Positions 41,547 to 52,439 of a stretch of 64,000 nt of DNA are shown here, in pieces. The DNA is from an uncultured archaeon (GTDB lineage: Archaea; Thermoplasmatota; Thermoplasmata; Thermoplasmatales; Thermoplasmataceae). Numbering within the stretch: position 1 is the stretch's first letter; each line of letters begins with the position of its first letter. A program made the position numbers and the translations under genes. The notes under the pieces are model-generated. The model searched no databases, had not been told where the DNA came from, and worked only from the letters and a program-made list of their open reading frames with translations. The stretch spans positions 1,568,001-1,632,000 of the forward strand of contig CP009479.1 of assembly GCA_000965745.1 (NCBI GenBank). The letters run 5' to 3'.

Positions 41547-41838
41547 ATGAACCTTCCAGGCGCAACAACTACCAATTACGCATCCTTTATAACTGAAGCC
41601 CCTACTTTCAATAACGTTAAATCAAATCCCAAAATTCAGCTCCGTTTCTTTCACGAACATTCAGATGGAATATGATAACAGTGGAACTATTTACAGTGTT
41701 ATGGGTTCAACTCCATTGGGCTCAGCAGAATGGGTTCAGTTCAAAATGATGCAGGACGGCAATGATTTGAATATACAGAACTCATTCACAAGCTCTGCCT
41801 CTTCAACTAAAGAAACTTGGTTAAACAGCGATTATTAA
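41547..41838 (+). pseudogene. C-terminal fragment of a G1-family (glutamic) peptidase-like secreted protein
   Basis: ASFITEAPT then, after a frameshift, QIPKFSSVSF; resembles AEWIVEAP..LP.F..V.F. Confidence 0.45.
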
Positions 41839-41952
41839 GCCCAATTTAAAATCAGATCGTAATTAACTGACGGTCTGAAATTTTTCTTTTTATATCTCTG
41901 ATTGTGATATCTCTGATCGCAAAATCAATCTACTTCTATTGTTTAATAAGTA

Positions 41953-42236
41953 TGCTGGTGAAGAAGAGCATGGAGCACAAGATATTTTTGGGAATCGTTT
42001 ACGCGTCGATTGTGGTTGGTGTAGGGCTTATTCTGTACGGACTTTTCTTGTTCCAGAGTTCTATATTACTTACGTTACCCGGGATGGGAATTCCGGCACA
42101 TCCGGCAGGTCCCAATATATACCTGTATCCACTTGATGTAATTGGTATAGCTCTGACTGTAGTGGGAACAATTGTTTTAGTTCTTGGCATATTCCATCTT
42201 ATCCGTGGTCAGAAACGCCCCTCTCCCCAATATTAA
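41953..42236 (+). CDS. Small two-TM membrane protein
   Basis: Two TM helices with a Pro-rich loop. Confidence 0.55.
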
Positions 42237-42575
42237 GAAGGGCGACCACCCGTTAAGATGATCGCCCCTCTAAATAATTAGTTTGCACAAACAAAACAAA
42301 CAGGAATGTGGATTTGTGTATACTGCATATACAAATCCATTTATTTCAGCCCGATACGCATGATTGCCTCCAATATCTCTTCATTGCCTCGCTGTCAAGT
42401 TGGTACTCGAGTTCCTTGACCGCAAGCAGGCCCCTCTTTATCAGCTTCTGGTACTTGTCCATTGCATCTTGAAGGAGTTCCTGGATCTTGATCTCCGAAA
42501 TTTTCAGCCCCTTCCTTACACCATCGTAAAATACCTTTCCCGCGTTGCTCATGCAACACAATCCGGTTTGAGCAC

Positions 42576-42700
42576 GTGACCTCCTCTCCCAGCTTTCGCA
42601 GGGAACCTCCTGTTCCAACGGTTGGAGGAATCTCCACAGGCTTGAATCCCCTCGGTCCCATGCTAATCCACCTGACTTTACGGACGCAGGCACGCATGGA
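42576..42700 (-). mobile_element. Orphan IS200/IS605 right end (omegaRNA-like)
   Basis: Minus strand ggattcaagcctgtggagattcctccaaccgttgg...ggagaggaggtcac, similar to 1697-1772. Confidence 0.7.
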
Positions 42701-42979
42701 GCAATATGCTATCTGACCACTTTCACGGCCTTCAGACGTTCCCTTTGGTTCTTCCAGATCATGTTTATATATCTCTCTGGGCCATGCATGGGATGTTCCA
42801 CACCATAGCTTGATGTAGGCTTCAACTTCTGCCCGATGATTTGCTCGAGCGTTCCACCATTTATCTTCAACCCCGGGGCTTCGATCTGTGACATATAAAA
42901 TCCGGGTATGTGTGGAAACTTTTCCCGGGATATTACAGAGGATTAAGTTTATCGTCTAAGATAAATTCTATAGCGGATC

Positions 42980-44923
42980 ATGAAAATTTACAACGCCGAT
43001 TCAATTATGAAGAACGTGATCAGCGACGGTTTTAACTGTGACAAGGAGGATTTAAACCTGATTATGAGCAGCAAGGAAGAGTTTGTCACTGTTCTTGAGA
43101 GTATCATTCAGGACCCTGTGGAGCTTTTGGAAGAGAGAAGTGAGGAAATCAGCGAATCAGTATCAATTGCAGCTCTTCTTTCCGGCGCGCTGATGAAAAA
43201 TAGGAATGTTTCCCCAATAACAGAGTTCATAGACATGTATTACGACTTACTCGAGCCTGCAGAAGAGTATCTCTCCTCTATAATAGCAGATGTAGCAGGC
43301 ACTGATTACGAATGCCTGGTAGAAAAACTGGAAGCGGGGGAAGGGTCAGAACACCTCAAAATGGAGTGCCTGGATGCCCTCTCAATAATTGGGCTCAAGC
43401 ATCCAAGTACTAGAGCAGCGATCATATCGTATCTTGGAGATCTGCTCTCCGGCGGAACTCTAAACCCACATTTGAACGGGTTCGTTGTTATAGCTCTGGA
43501 GAGTCTTGTTGCAAAGGAGAAGAAGAACGCCGTCATGGAAGCTTATATTAAAGGCACTGTGGACGAACAGATCATAAAGAAGGATGAATTTATAGAACTC
43601 ATCAAAGAGGAAACACTGGAAGATAATTATCATAGACTTTACTATAATCCGGAAGAGATACTTTCAGAGAAAGGCATTCAATCTCTTATAAAACGGGAGA
43701 GTGGATATGATGATGAATCGTTGAGGGAATTAATCGCTGAGGAGTTGTGGGGTTCATACCTTAATGCGGGTAGGAATGATCCTTGTCCATGCGGGAGTGA
43801 TAAGAAATTCAAGAAATGCTGCCTTCCCTATGTCAGGTCTTTTAAAAACTCAGAAACAGCGGTGGACACACTTCGCTATCTTATAGATCAGGAAATCGAG
43901 GATCGCCTTGAAAACGCGAACCTTGAGAAGGAATTGGATGCATCATACCGAAACATTTCAAACTCAGATAGCGCAGACAGGGACTTCTTGCTGGATTATG
44001 CTGTTCATGACCTGGACAGAGAAGGGAATGGGTCCATGTTAAACGAATTTTCAGAGAAAGAATCTATCAAGTTAGAGCCTGATGAAACTGAACTTATCAA
44101 ATCCTGGGCAGGTGAATCTTATTCGCTTCTGCGTGTAAAGGGCATTAGGAGAGGTCTTGGTGTTGTTGCTGAAGATCTGTTCTTTGGAGGGGGGAAGGAA
44201 GAATTTATTGTCAGCCCATCAATTTCTGTGAGGGTATCCAATCAGAAATTCATTTTTTTTAGACCGTACCATGTAAGAGGGATAATTCTGGTGTCCGGGC
44301 CGCTTCTTCGCCTTTCCGATATTCCGGCGAAAAGTTTGATCAAAGCCATACTTGAATTGTACAAGGGAAACGCTCCGGATGATAATGCGATTGAAAAGGT
44401 CATTAATGGTAATTTCCAAGGCGGCAAAGATTTCAGGGATTTCATGAAGAAGAGGTCACTGGAGGTAATGGATTCAGCGTTCGAAATTCATGATATGGTA
44501 AAAAGGACTGTACATGTAACAGCAGAGGGGGATGAGTTGTCCCCGACCAGATCCATTGTTTATGTCAGGGACCCGGAAAGTGCAGTAAAAACCTTACTGT
44601 CTGATGATGATTTTGATCACTCGCTTGAACATAACGAAGATAAAGATATGCTTGTATGGTTTGGTTCGGATCTTCAGGCTGATATTGAACCTGATGATGC
44701 TTCTGGAAGCGATGGCGCCATCAGGGAAGTGATTGAGGATAGTGCCCAGGATAAGGATGGAGAATCCAGGGGCATAAGGGGAACAATCTTCCTGATGAAC
44801 AATGCAATGGGTATTGAATGCATGTCCAAGAGAAGACACGATGCCCTGATACAACGGATAAAGAATCTGTTAGGGGATAATATTGATGAGGTAAAGGACC
44901 TCAATATAAACCCTTTCGGATAA
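42980..44923 (+). CDS. SEC-C motif protein with helical (DUF1186-like) N domain
   Basis: [18 protein letters not shown] in the middle of a very acidic protein. Confidence 0.8.
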   Translation: MKIYNADSIMKNVISDGFNCDKEDLNLIMSSKEEFVTVLESIIQDPVELLEERSEEISESVSIAALLSGALMKNRNVSPITEFIDMYYDLLEPAEEYLSSIIADVAGTDYECLVEKLEAGEGSEHLKMECLDALSIIGLKHPSTRAAIISYLGDLLSGGTLNPHLNGFVVIALESLVAKEKKNAVMEAYIKGTVDEQIIKKDEFIELIKEETLEDNYHRLYYNPEEILSEKGIQSLIKRESGYDDESLRELIAEELWGSYLNAGRNDPCPCGSDKKFKKCCLPYVRSFKNSETAVDTLRYLIDQEIEDRLENANLEKELDASYRNISNSDSADRDFLLDYAVHDLDREGNGSMLNEFSEKESIKLEPDETELIKSWAGESYSLLRVKGIRRGLGVVAEDLFFGGGKEEFIVSPSISVRVSNQKFIFFRPYHVRGIILVSGPLLRLSDIPAKSLIKAILELYKGNAPDDNAIEKVINGNFQGGKDFRDFMKKRSLEVMDSAFEIHDMVKRTVHVTAEGDELSPTRSIVYVRDPESAVKTLLSDDDFDHSLEHNEDKDMLVWFGSDLQADIEPDDASGSDGAIREVIEDSAQDKDGESRGIRGTIFLMNNAMGIECMSKRRHDALIQRIKNLLGDNIDEVKDLNINPFG

Positions 44924-45359
44924 TATCCAGTAAGCCTGCTATTGAAACATTACGCATCAGCTGGAACCGGGTGCAATCTATTCGGTCTTGCATGGGTTGG
45001 ATGTAGCCAACCTTCTTTGATCGACGTTCCGTTGCTGGCGTCAGGAGACCATCGTTGTTAATGATTCAGTAATTTTAGTGTTGAAGAGACCGGAAGTGTG
45101 AACGAAGTGCTTCTATGAAAAAAGTTCCTTTGAAATTCTGTTTATCTCTCCTCATTGTTGGTTTTATCGTCTCTTCATAATCAGTCGCCCTAACTGGCCC
45201 TTTTGCATTCTGGGACATTGAACTGACTTTCACGTCTGCCAGTTTACCAATGTTATCAGGTAACCCTTCCCTTCCTGACAGCATATATCCAATATCCAAC
45301 GATATTAAGATGTTAGGAAGCTTGCCTGATCACACTGTCCTGCAGAAATGTTGCGGGTA

Positions 45360-45695
45360 TCATACTTCAGGCCGGGATTCGCTGGCAATATTGGTTTTGA
45401 TCCTTACCACGAAGTGCTCCGCCACATTCTCAACCCTCGACAGCAACCTGCGTGCTTCGGGCTCGAACACTGCCACCTCAAAATTCTCGCCTGCAAATTC
45501 CTTCACACTGTCCATGGAATCAAAGAAATTTACCACCATGAATTTCGACTCCTTATCTCCGTCTTTGCGCATTACCTGTGTCCCAAGATATCCATTAATC
45601 TTATTGAGGCTAGGCAGTACCGTCTCCCGGAGAACCTTCTCATACTCACCCGCATCTTCCAGCTCAGTCCACCCAGTCCATGTTCTTGCTATCAT
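45360..45695 (-). CDS. Antibiotic-biosynthesis-monooxygenase-like protein
   Basis: MIARTW.G, GYLG, F.S.DSV..FAG. Confidence 0.8.
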   Translation of the reverse strand: MIARTWTGWTELEDAGEYEKVLRETVLPSLNKINGYLGTQVMRKDGDKESKFMVVNFFDSMDSVKEFAGENFEVAVFEPEARRLLSRVENVAEHFVVRIKTNIASESRPEV

Positions 45696-45957
45696 CCTGT
45701 CCTCCTCAACCAGTTAAGTGAGAAAACAGTTATTATTTTGTATGCCAGCCCTTCAACCACAAAAAAGGCACGATCTCATTCAAAGGTAAGTGTGTCTGAT
45801 AAGGCACTATTTTGCCAGGGATTTTCCCCGCAGATGACAATAGGATATAAACGAGGACCAAATAGCAGGGTGCATTTGAGATCATCGCAAAGAATCACTT
45901 CAACCGATGAAATGATTAAGAGATGGTTAAGGAGTAATGGACAACAAAGGTGGAAAA

Positions 45958-46887
45958 ATGGCAAAAAATGAGTGGACAGCGGAAAACATCCCTTCACAGC
46001 AGGGAAAAATTATACTGATAACCGGTGCGAACAGCGGTCTCGGCCTCGAGGCAACAAGGGTGCTGAGCGCCAAGGACGCCCATGTCATAATGGCAGTTCG
46101 CAATATGAACAAGGGGAAGGAGGCAGCATCAAAAATAAGGGAGGAGTATCCGAAATCGCAACTGGAGCTGATGCATCTTGACCTTGCCGACTTTGACTCA
46201 ATTCGCAAATTCTCGGAAGAATTCCATTCAAAACATTCTAAACTTGATGTTTTGATAAACAACGCAGGCGTTATGTCTCCACCCAGGAGGGAAGCCACAA
46301 AACAGAATTTCGAGCTTCAGTTCGGCACAAATCATCTGGGGCATTTTCTTCTGACTGGATTATTGCTTAATGTCCTCAAAAATACGCACAATTCAAGGAT
46401 TACTGTTCAGAGCAGTCTTGTCCACAAAACGAAATTCTACAAGGCCGACATACATTTTGACGATTTGAACTGGGAGAATAGCTACAATAAAAACCAGTCC
46501 TACTCGCAGAGCAAGCTGGCAAATCTGCTGTTTGCCTATGAGCTTGACCGGAGACTTAAGAGGCACAACATTCAGACCATTGTAACCGCAGCACACCCAG
46601 GCTACTCAAGCACAAACCTTCAAAAGAACTTCGGATTTTTTGTATCGTTGATAGGAAACTCACTCATCGCCCAGAGTGCCAGGATTGGTGCATTGCCAAT
46701 TCTGAGAGCTTCTACTGAAGAGGGCCTGAAGGGATCAGAATATTTCGGCCCTACAAGGATGGGTGAAACCAGGGGTTACCCTGAAAAGGTGCAATCCAGT
46801 GACAAGTCTTACAATGAAGATCTTGCCAGGAAACTGTGGGATATATCGGAAAAGCTCACTGGAATAAGTTACAATTTTGAAGAATGA
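45958..46887 (+). CDS. SDR oxidoreductase (retinol-dehydrogenase-like)
   Basis: TGANSGLG, NNAGVM, NHLGHF, YSQSK. Confidence 0.93.
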   Translation: MAKNEWTAENIPSQQGKIILITGANSGLGLEATRVLSAKDAHVIMAVRNMNKGKEAASKIREEYPKSQLELMHLDLADFDSIRKFSEEFHSKHSKLDVLINNAGVMSPPRREATKQNFELQFGTNHLGHFLLTGLLLNVLKNTHNSRITVQSSLVHKTKFYKADIHFDDLNWENSYNKNQSYSQSKLANLLFAYELDRRLKRHNIQTIVTAAHPGYSSTNLQKNFGFFVSLIGNSLIAQSARIGALPILRASTEEGLKGSEYFGPTRMGETRGYPEKVQSSDKSYNEDLARKLWDISEKLTGISYNFEE

Positions 46888-47315
46888 TGAAGCAGAAGGT
46901 CAGGGTTTCTTCATAATTTTTTTCAAACGTTATTCGACACCTTACACTGAAAATATCATTTCCAGTATCAATCCTAAATTCTCCTTCAGTACCGCCGGCC
47001 GGACTGACAATATCGGGATAAAAAACTATCCTGAAGTGAGTAGGGGGTTTCTTCCTTCCTTGAGGTAGGGAACTACGTTATAATGTCAAAAAATCAATTT
47101 ACACTTAAAATTGGAAATGTACGGTTCGTTTACGGCATCGAAAATTGGAAGTATCCGCCAGGAAGAAATGAAAGGTAATGTGAGGAAATACAGATACATC
47201 TCAAACTCTGACACCCTTTGGAAGAGCCGACAATTCCGCAACCGCAAATATTGTCAAATTCCCGGGCTCAACTGTAAGTACCACAATCTTTATGAGATGA
47301 AATACTGAATAAATC

Positions 47316-47999
47316 ATGGATAACAGTACTCCGGTCCTTCTTGTCATTGATATGACGAACGATTTTGTTTTTGAAGATTTCAACAAGAATCTGGCATTGA
47401 AGAGAGCTAAGGGCCTTATACCCGGAATAAGGGAACTGCAGGAACTCTTCCTGAAGAAAGGATTCCCGGTGATATTCCTGAGTGACAGGCATCTCGAATC
47501 TGATTTCGAGTTAAAAAAATGGGGGCCACACTCCATGAAAGGAACAGAGGGCTCACAGATAGTCGACGGTCTCCTGACGAAAGGCATCCTGACTTTTGAA
47601 AGGGACTGGGAACAGGAAGACCTTAAGAAAGCAAGAGGGAAAGAACCTCCACTTTATGAAGTTGAAAAAGGCTCATACAGTGGCTTCACTGACAACGGAG
47701 GCATTCCTACAGCATTGTCATCCCTCCTGAACAAACTCGGGATAGGCCCGGGCAGCAGTTTATACATTACGGGGCTCCACGCAAACTGTTGCGACAAGCA
47801 TACCGCAGCAGATGCCTGGTTCAGAGGCTATGAGCCGGTCATGGTAAGTGATTGCGTTGACTCATTTGACAACACGGAGGGTGTTCTTGGGATGGGAACC
47901 ACTGAAGCCTTGGCATATGAAAAATACTGGTATGATGCCAGAATAATGACATCAGACGAGGTCAAGAAGCATTTGGCGGGACTGCCTGTGAAAGCTTGA
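47316..47999 (+). CDS. Isochorismatase/nicotinamidase-family cysteine hydrolase
   Basis: VIDMTNDF, D.H...D.E..WG.H, K..YSGF, GLHANCC. Confidence 0.9.
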   Translation: MDNSTPVLLVIDMTNDFVFEDFNKNLALKRAKGLIPGIRELQELFLKKGFPVIFLSDRHLESDFELKKWGPHSMKGTEGSQIVDGLLTKGILTFERDWEQEDLKKARGKEPPLYEVEKGSYSGFTDNGGIPTALSSLLNKLGIGPGSSLYITGLHANCCDKHTAADAWFRGYEPVMVSDCVDSFDNTEGVLGMGTTEALAYEKYWYDARIMTSDEVKKHLAGLPVKA

Positions 48000-48002
48000 G
48001 TC

Positions 48003-48794
48003 TCAGCTCGGTGATACAAACTTCTCTTCAGCTGGATACACAATAGTTCCAGGCTCGTTGGTGAAATTGCTCCTTACGTGGAATGTAACCCGGTTCTCCA
48101 TAGCCAGGCTCACCGCCTTGTGATGAATCACCCTTGCGCCTGTTTGAGCCATAAGGAGCAGTTTTCCTGCGGACATCCTGTCAAGAAGCCTGGCATCAGG
48201 ATCTACCTTGGGGTCTCCGGTCATTACGCCAGGCACATCCTTGAATATCTCAACTCTCTTGGCCCCCAGCGCAGCCGCGAGAGCTATTGCCGTAATGTCA
48301 CTTCCACCTCTCCCGAGTGTTGTAACCTCGCCGGTGATAGCCCTTCCCTGAAATCCGGCCACAACGGGAGTCTTACCTTCGGACAGCACCTCGACAATCC
48401 TCCTTCCGTCAAGATTCACTATCGAGCCCTTTCCGTGGTTGTCACTTGTCAATATTCCAGCCTGGCTCCCGGTCATTGGGAAAGCGGTTACACCATTCGC
48501 GGTCAGATAGCTGGAAAGGACAACGGTACTGATGATTTCCCCACATGACATGAGCAAATCAACGTCACGCGAAGGAACTTTCACGGTCTCGAGAAGCGAA
48601 AGAAGGGTGTCGGTGGAGTAGGGGTCTCCCGTTCTACCCATGGCAGAAGCGACCACCACGACATCCAGATTGTTTGCCAGATGCTCCCTTATATGCTTGA
48701 ATGCCCACCTTCTCCCCTCAGGGGTTGAGATTGAGGTGCCTCCGAATTTCAACACAGCTATGTTCATTCTTGCCATCTCCATTGAATTAGACAC
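48003..48794 (-). CDS. Aspartate kinase, catalytic domain only
   Basis: KFGGTS, TTLGRGGSD, KDVPGVMTGDPK; ends after EPGT. Confidence 0.9.
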   Translation of the reverse strand: MSNSMEMARMNIAVLKFGGTSISTPEGRRWAFKHIREHLANNLDVVVVASAMGRTGDPYSTDTLLSLLETVKVPSRDVDLLMSCGEIISTVVLSSYLTANGVTAFPMTGSQAGILTSDNHGKGSIVNLDGRRIVEVLSEGKTPVVAGFQGRAITGEVTTLGRGGSDITAIALAAALGAKRVEIFKDVPGVMTGDPKVDPDARLLDRMSAGKLLLMAQTGARVIHHKAVSLAMENRVTFHVRSNFTNEPGTIVYPAEEKFVSPS

Positions 48795-49833
48795 TCGCAG
48801 ATTCCTTTCTGCTGGAGGTGAGTAGCTCGGCTATTTGTACGGCGTTCCATGCAGCACCCTTCAGCACATTGTCGGCAACAATGAACATAAGGACCGTGGT
48901 TGGATCATCGAGATCCTGCCGGATTCTGCCAACAAAGGTCTCCCCACTGCCTTCCGAGTATCTGGGATGGGGGTAGATTCCATTCTCGGGATCATCCATT
49001 ACGGTTATGCCGGGTGAAGCCGCCAGAATTCCTCTAACCTGATCTGCGGAGACCTTGTCCTTGAACTTTACAGCCACAGTCTCGGAGTGCCCATACATGA
49101 CCGGGACACGAACTGCAGTAACACTCATTTTGAGGTCCGGAGACCCAAGGATCTTTCTGCTTTCCAGTAGAAGTTTCATTTCCTCCCGGGTGTAACCGTT
49201 CTCGAGAAAGTAATCACATTTCGGGACAGCATTGAATGCAAAAGGAACCTCACTTCCTCCAGCCCTGCTTCTCGAACGACCATCAAGTACGGAGTTTGTT
49301 TCTTCCAAAAGCCTGTCTATTCCTTTCTGGCCCATTCCACTCACTGACTGGTAAGTTGAAACAAAAACATGCTCGATTCCAAGTTTCATCAGCGGCTTAA
49401 GCGCCACTACAAGCTGAATAGTGGAGCAGTTTGGATTTGCTATTATTCCACTGTTTTCAAAAGCCTTCTCCGGGTTGACTTCCGGGACAACAAGCGGAAT
49501 TTCATCTTTCATCCTGTGCGCACTGCTGTTGTCGATTACTAGCGAACCATGTGCCACCGCTATGTCAGAGAATTCAAGGCTAGCGTCAGATCCGGCACTG
49601 AAGAGTGATATGTCAACCCCTTCAAAGGAACCTTCCGTGACAGCTTCAACTTCAACTTCTTTCTCGTTGTAATAAAGGGTTTTTCCTGCTGATTTTCCGG
49701 TTGCCAGGAGTCTAATTCCTGTAATCGGGAAGTTGCGTCTCTCAAGCGTTTTCAGCATAGCCCTCCCAACCAGGCCTGTGGCGCCAAGTATTGCCACAGT
49801 ATAGGATTCCTTCTCCATGACATCCGGTTTCAT
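48787..49833 (-). CDS. asd: Aspartate-semialdehyde dehydrogenase (bacterial type)
   Basis: GATGLVG, DNSS.HR, ANPNCST, YQSVSG.G, RVPV..GH, DN..KGAA.NAVQIAE. Confidence 0.96.
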   Translation of the reverse strand: MKPDVMEKESYTVAILGATGLVGRAMLKTLERRNFPITGIRLLATGKSAGKTLYYNEKEVEVEAVTEGSFEGVDISLFSAGSDASLEFSDIAVAHGSLVIDNSSAHRMKDEIPLVVPEVNPEKAFENSGIIANPNCSTIQLVVALKPLMKLGIEHVFVSTYQSVSGMGQKGIDRLLEETNSVLDGRSRSRAGGSEVPFAFNAVPKCDYFLENGYTREEMKLLLESRKILGSPDLKMSVTAVRVPVMYGHSETVAVKFKDKVSADQVRGILAASPGITVMDDPENGIYPHPRYSEGSGETFVGRIRQDLDDPTTVLMFIVADNVLKGAAWNAVQIAELLTSSRKESASV

Positions 49834-49960
49834 GGAGAGCGTTAATTTCGAGGGAGACTTATACTTAACGGATAAAAATATTACTCCCATTCATCCAGCA
49901 ACTGTAAACAAGCAAAGGTGGAGTGTGTCTCCAGATTTGCATATTTACACATGCTATGGA

Positions 49961-51496
49961 TCATGAGACAGTGACATCACTGTGTCTTTCCACATCCACA
50001 CCGGTTGCAGGAGCCGAGGCGTTATAGAGGCTCAAGTTAGTAGTGATCCACATGAGCGGGAGCAGTGCTGCCCAGGCTGCTATGCTGAACTCCACCTGCT
50101 GTGTGATCCCGAACTCAGGCCACAGAAGTACCCTGAAAGTAGAAGAAATGTACAGAATTACAACAGGTATCATGCCGAGCATAAGGGCGAGATACTCATC
50201 AACAAGCTTTTTTGCTGCTCCAGAGTAATGGGACCTCGCTATTCCGAACAATACCCCTGAGATGAACAGGGAGATGTTCATGGCTGCAAAAATCTGAGCG
50301 TTGTAGAAGGCAGCTGATGCAAAAGCAGGTATGAACCACATTACTCCAATAATGCTGGCGAGAGCGATCAGAAATGCGGGAATAGTTTTTTTCCCATTGA
50401 AATTCAGAAACTGTGAGTATATTATTACATCCGCATACCCGACGAGAACCATCCCAATGCCGGTTCCGAAAAAGAAGAATATATTGCCTATCTGGCCCAT
50501 GTATATTCCTATTACTTCATACAGAGGAAGAAGTACTGTGACGACAGAAACTGTCACATAAGATTCACGAAGCTTGTTCAGGCCGGATATCCTGTTCAGG
50601 AACCCGACTCTGACATTCTTTCCAAAATAACGGGTGAGAAGGATGTATGTTGCAAGGAGCAGGATCAGGCTTTCCAGCAGGAGAGGTATCATGGCAACAG
50701 TGAGTATCAGCGCAGTCATGGTTGGAAAAAGTGATATGCACCCCTCGCACTGGCAGCTTAATGCTCCCGCGACACCATACAGCGTGCTATGCAACCCTTT
50801 ATGATTTCCGCCTTTTGTAAGGCGGTTGAATATTCCGTTGTAGTTTTCTGTAAGAAGTATGGCTATGATGGTAAACAAAACTATACTGGCTGGGCTGACC
50901 ATTATAACAAAAAAGGGGGTATAGAAGGCGAAGCCACCCTGAAACAGGAATGGAATTCCTTCAAACTGGGTGTCGAAAACGCTCCCGATCTGTACAAAAG
51001 TCAAGGGAAAATTTCCGGGTTGAACAGCAAAAATCAGGAGCTTTGAGACAAAGAACATGAAAAGGGTTGCAAGCACGAATATTATGATCTTCCTGGCATT
51101 GTCCCGTTCTCCTCTTACGGCAATGTACCAAGTGGCTGCGAATGCCAGAAACGAGATTGATGGCATTGGAAGGAGGTAAGGGTAACGGACAGAGGATAAA
51201 ACAATTCCAAGGTATGACAGGAAAGTCATTGGCAATAAATAGAATCCAAGCTTGGGAACACGACGGTACAGGATATGAGAGATAGCAGGGGCTAAAACAG
51301 GGAAGGCGATTATGATGAACTTCTCTTGCCCAAATCCGTAGTTGAATACCAGCTTTCCTTCTTGAACCGCAGAAACAAAAAATACAAGAATGGATATGGA
51401 AGATGCCAGAATGAGGAGAGCCTGGTGTTTTTTCCAGGTCTCACCTTTACCTGATTCCGGATCGAGGGTTGAGGCAGCCAACTTAACTCTGTTCAT
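49961..51496 (-). CDS. Multi-pass membrane protein with CQCEGC motif
   Basis: About 14 TM segments, LSCQCEGC; co-oriented with the cupredoxin gene. Confidence 0.7.
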   Translation of the reverse strand: MNRVKLAASTLDPESGKGETWKKHQALLILASSISILVFFVSAVQEGKLVFNYGFGQEKFIIIAFPVLAPAISHILYRRVPKLGFYLLPMTFLSYLGIVLSSVRYPYLLPMPSISFLAFAATWYIAVRGERDNARKIIIFVLATLFMFFVSKLLIFAVQPGNFPLTFVQIGSVFDTQFEGIPFLFQGGFAFYTPFFVIMVSPASIVLFTIIAILLTENYNGIFNRLTKGGNHKGLHSTLYGVAGALSCQCEGCISLFPTMTALILTVAMIPLLLESLILLLATYILLTRYFGKNVRVGFLNRISGLNKLRESYVTVSVVTVLLPLYEVIGIYMGQIGNIFFFFGTGIGMVLVGYADVIIYSQFLNFNGKKTIPAFLIALASIIGVMWFIPAFASAAFYNAQIFAAMNISLFISGVLFGIARSHYSGAAKKLVDEYLALMLGMIPVVILYISSTFRVLLWPEFGITQQVEFSIAAWAALLPLMWITTNLSLYNASAPATGVDVERHSDVTVS

Positions 51497-51506
51497 TCCC
51501 GGACTT

Positions 51507-52175
51507 TCAGGAAACTACAACTGTTCCTGTCATCCATCCGGCTGTTGCCATAGCGCCGCTCCAGCCGTTACTCCCTGATCCGCAAGGAGCCTGGCATTGC
51601 CAGTGGTAAGTTCCTGCCCCGTTAATGTACAGATTGGCATGAACTACAGATGATGGTGGAATCGGAATGTTGAGGTTCAGGCCGGAGACCGTGAATGTAT
51701 GCGCAACATTGTCCAGCTGAATGCCCCTTACAGCTTGCCCGCCAGAAACGTTTATCGAAGCTCCGCTTGGAGAACTGGAATTCACATTCGTGTTATTGAC
51801 TACTGTTATGACGTTTCCGACAGTGCCGCTAACATTGTAGTAGATAACGCCATTCGAACCTGCTCCCGGAGGCCCCAGCGGAAACGCCGGGCCATCATCA
51901 TAGTTTATTATTGTGAGGCTTATTCGCTGGTTCTGCGGAAAATAGAGCACCGATGACGACTGCAGTGTGCCATTGGATAATACATAGAAGGAAGGTTGAT
52001 CGCCTGTGGACTTGTTGAACTGGTTGTTCGTGGTAATCACGAGCGTAATCTTGTCTGTGCTCGCAGCAGGACTTGATTTGCCATGGACGTAAGAAAGGTT
52101 ATACGATATCCCGAAAGCTGAAACTGCAACTATTGCAACAACAGCCACTATAAACAATCTATTGCTTATTGCCAT
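51507..52175 (-). CDS. Sulfocyanin/rusticyanin-like membrane-anchored cupredoxin
   Basis: AHTFTV...G.Y.WQCQAPCG...M...GWM.G.V.V. Confidence 0.75.
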   Translation of the reverse strand: MAISNRLFIVAVVAIVAVSAFGISYNLSYVHGKSSPAASTDKITLVITTNNQFNKSTGDQPSFYVLSNGTLQSSSVLYFPQNQRISLTIINYDDGPAFPLGPPGAGSNGVIYYNVSGTVGNVITVVNNTNVNSSSPSGASINVSGGQAVRGIQLDNVAHTFTVSGLNLNIPIPPSSVVHANLYINGAGTYHWQCQAPCGSGSNGWSGAMATAGWMTGTVVVS

Positions 52176-52439
52176 GTTAAACACTATCTACGTGCGATAG
52201 TGCGGTTTACTATAAATTTATTTCCAGAAACAGCTACAAAAACTATACATAGGTACAACATCCACACATACTGAATTGTGAGTAAGTACGATTGTGCAAG
52301 TTCTTCCCGAGTTTCTGCTCTTTCTGTTCGGGATTTATTTTACGGATTTTAGTTCGAGAGAAAAATTCTGAAAAAGTTATCAGTACTTATTTTTCATACA
52401 TGTTGACCTACATTTAACGGCTATTATAAAAGATTAAAA

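Noticed and set aside
42346-42894. ORFs of 61-115 aa as intact genes
   Set aside because: They run across an IS right-end remnant and have no recognisable motifs; probably fragments
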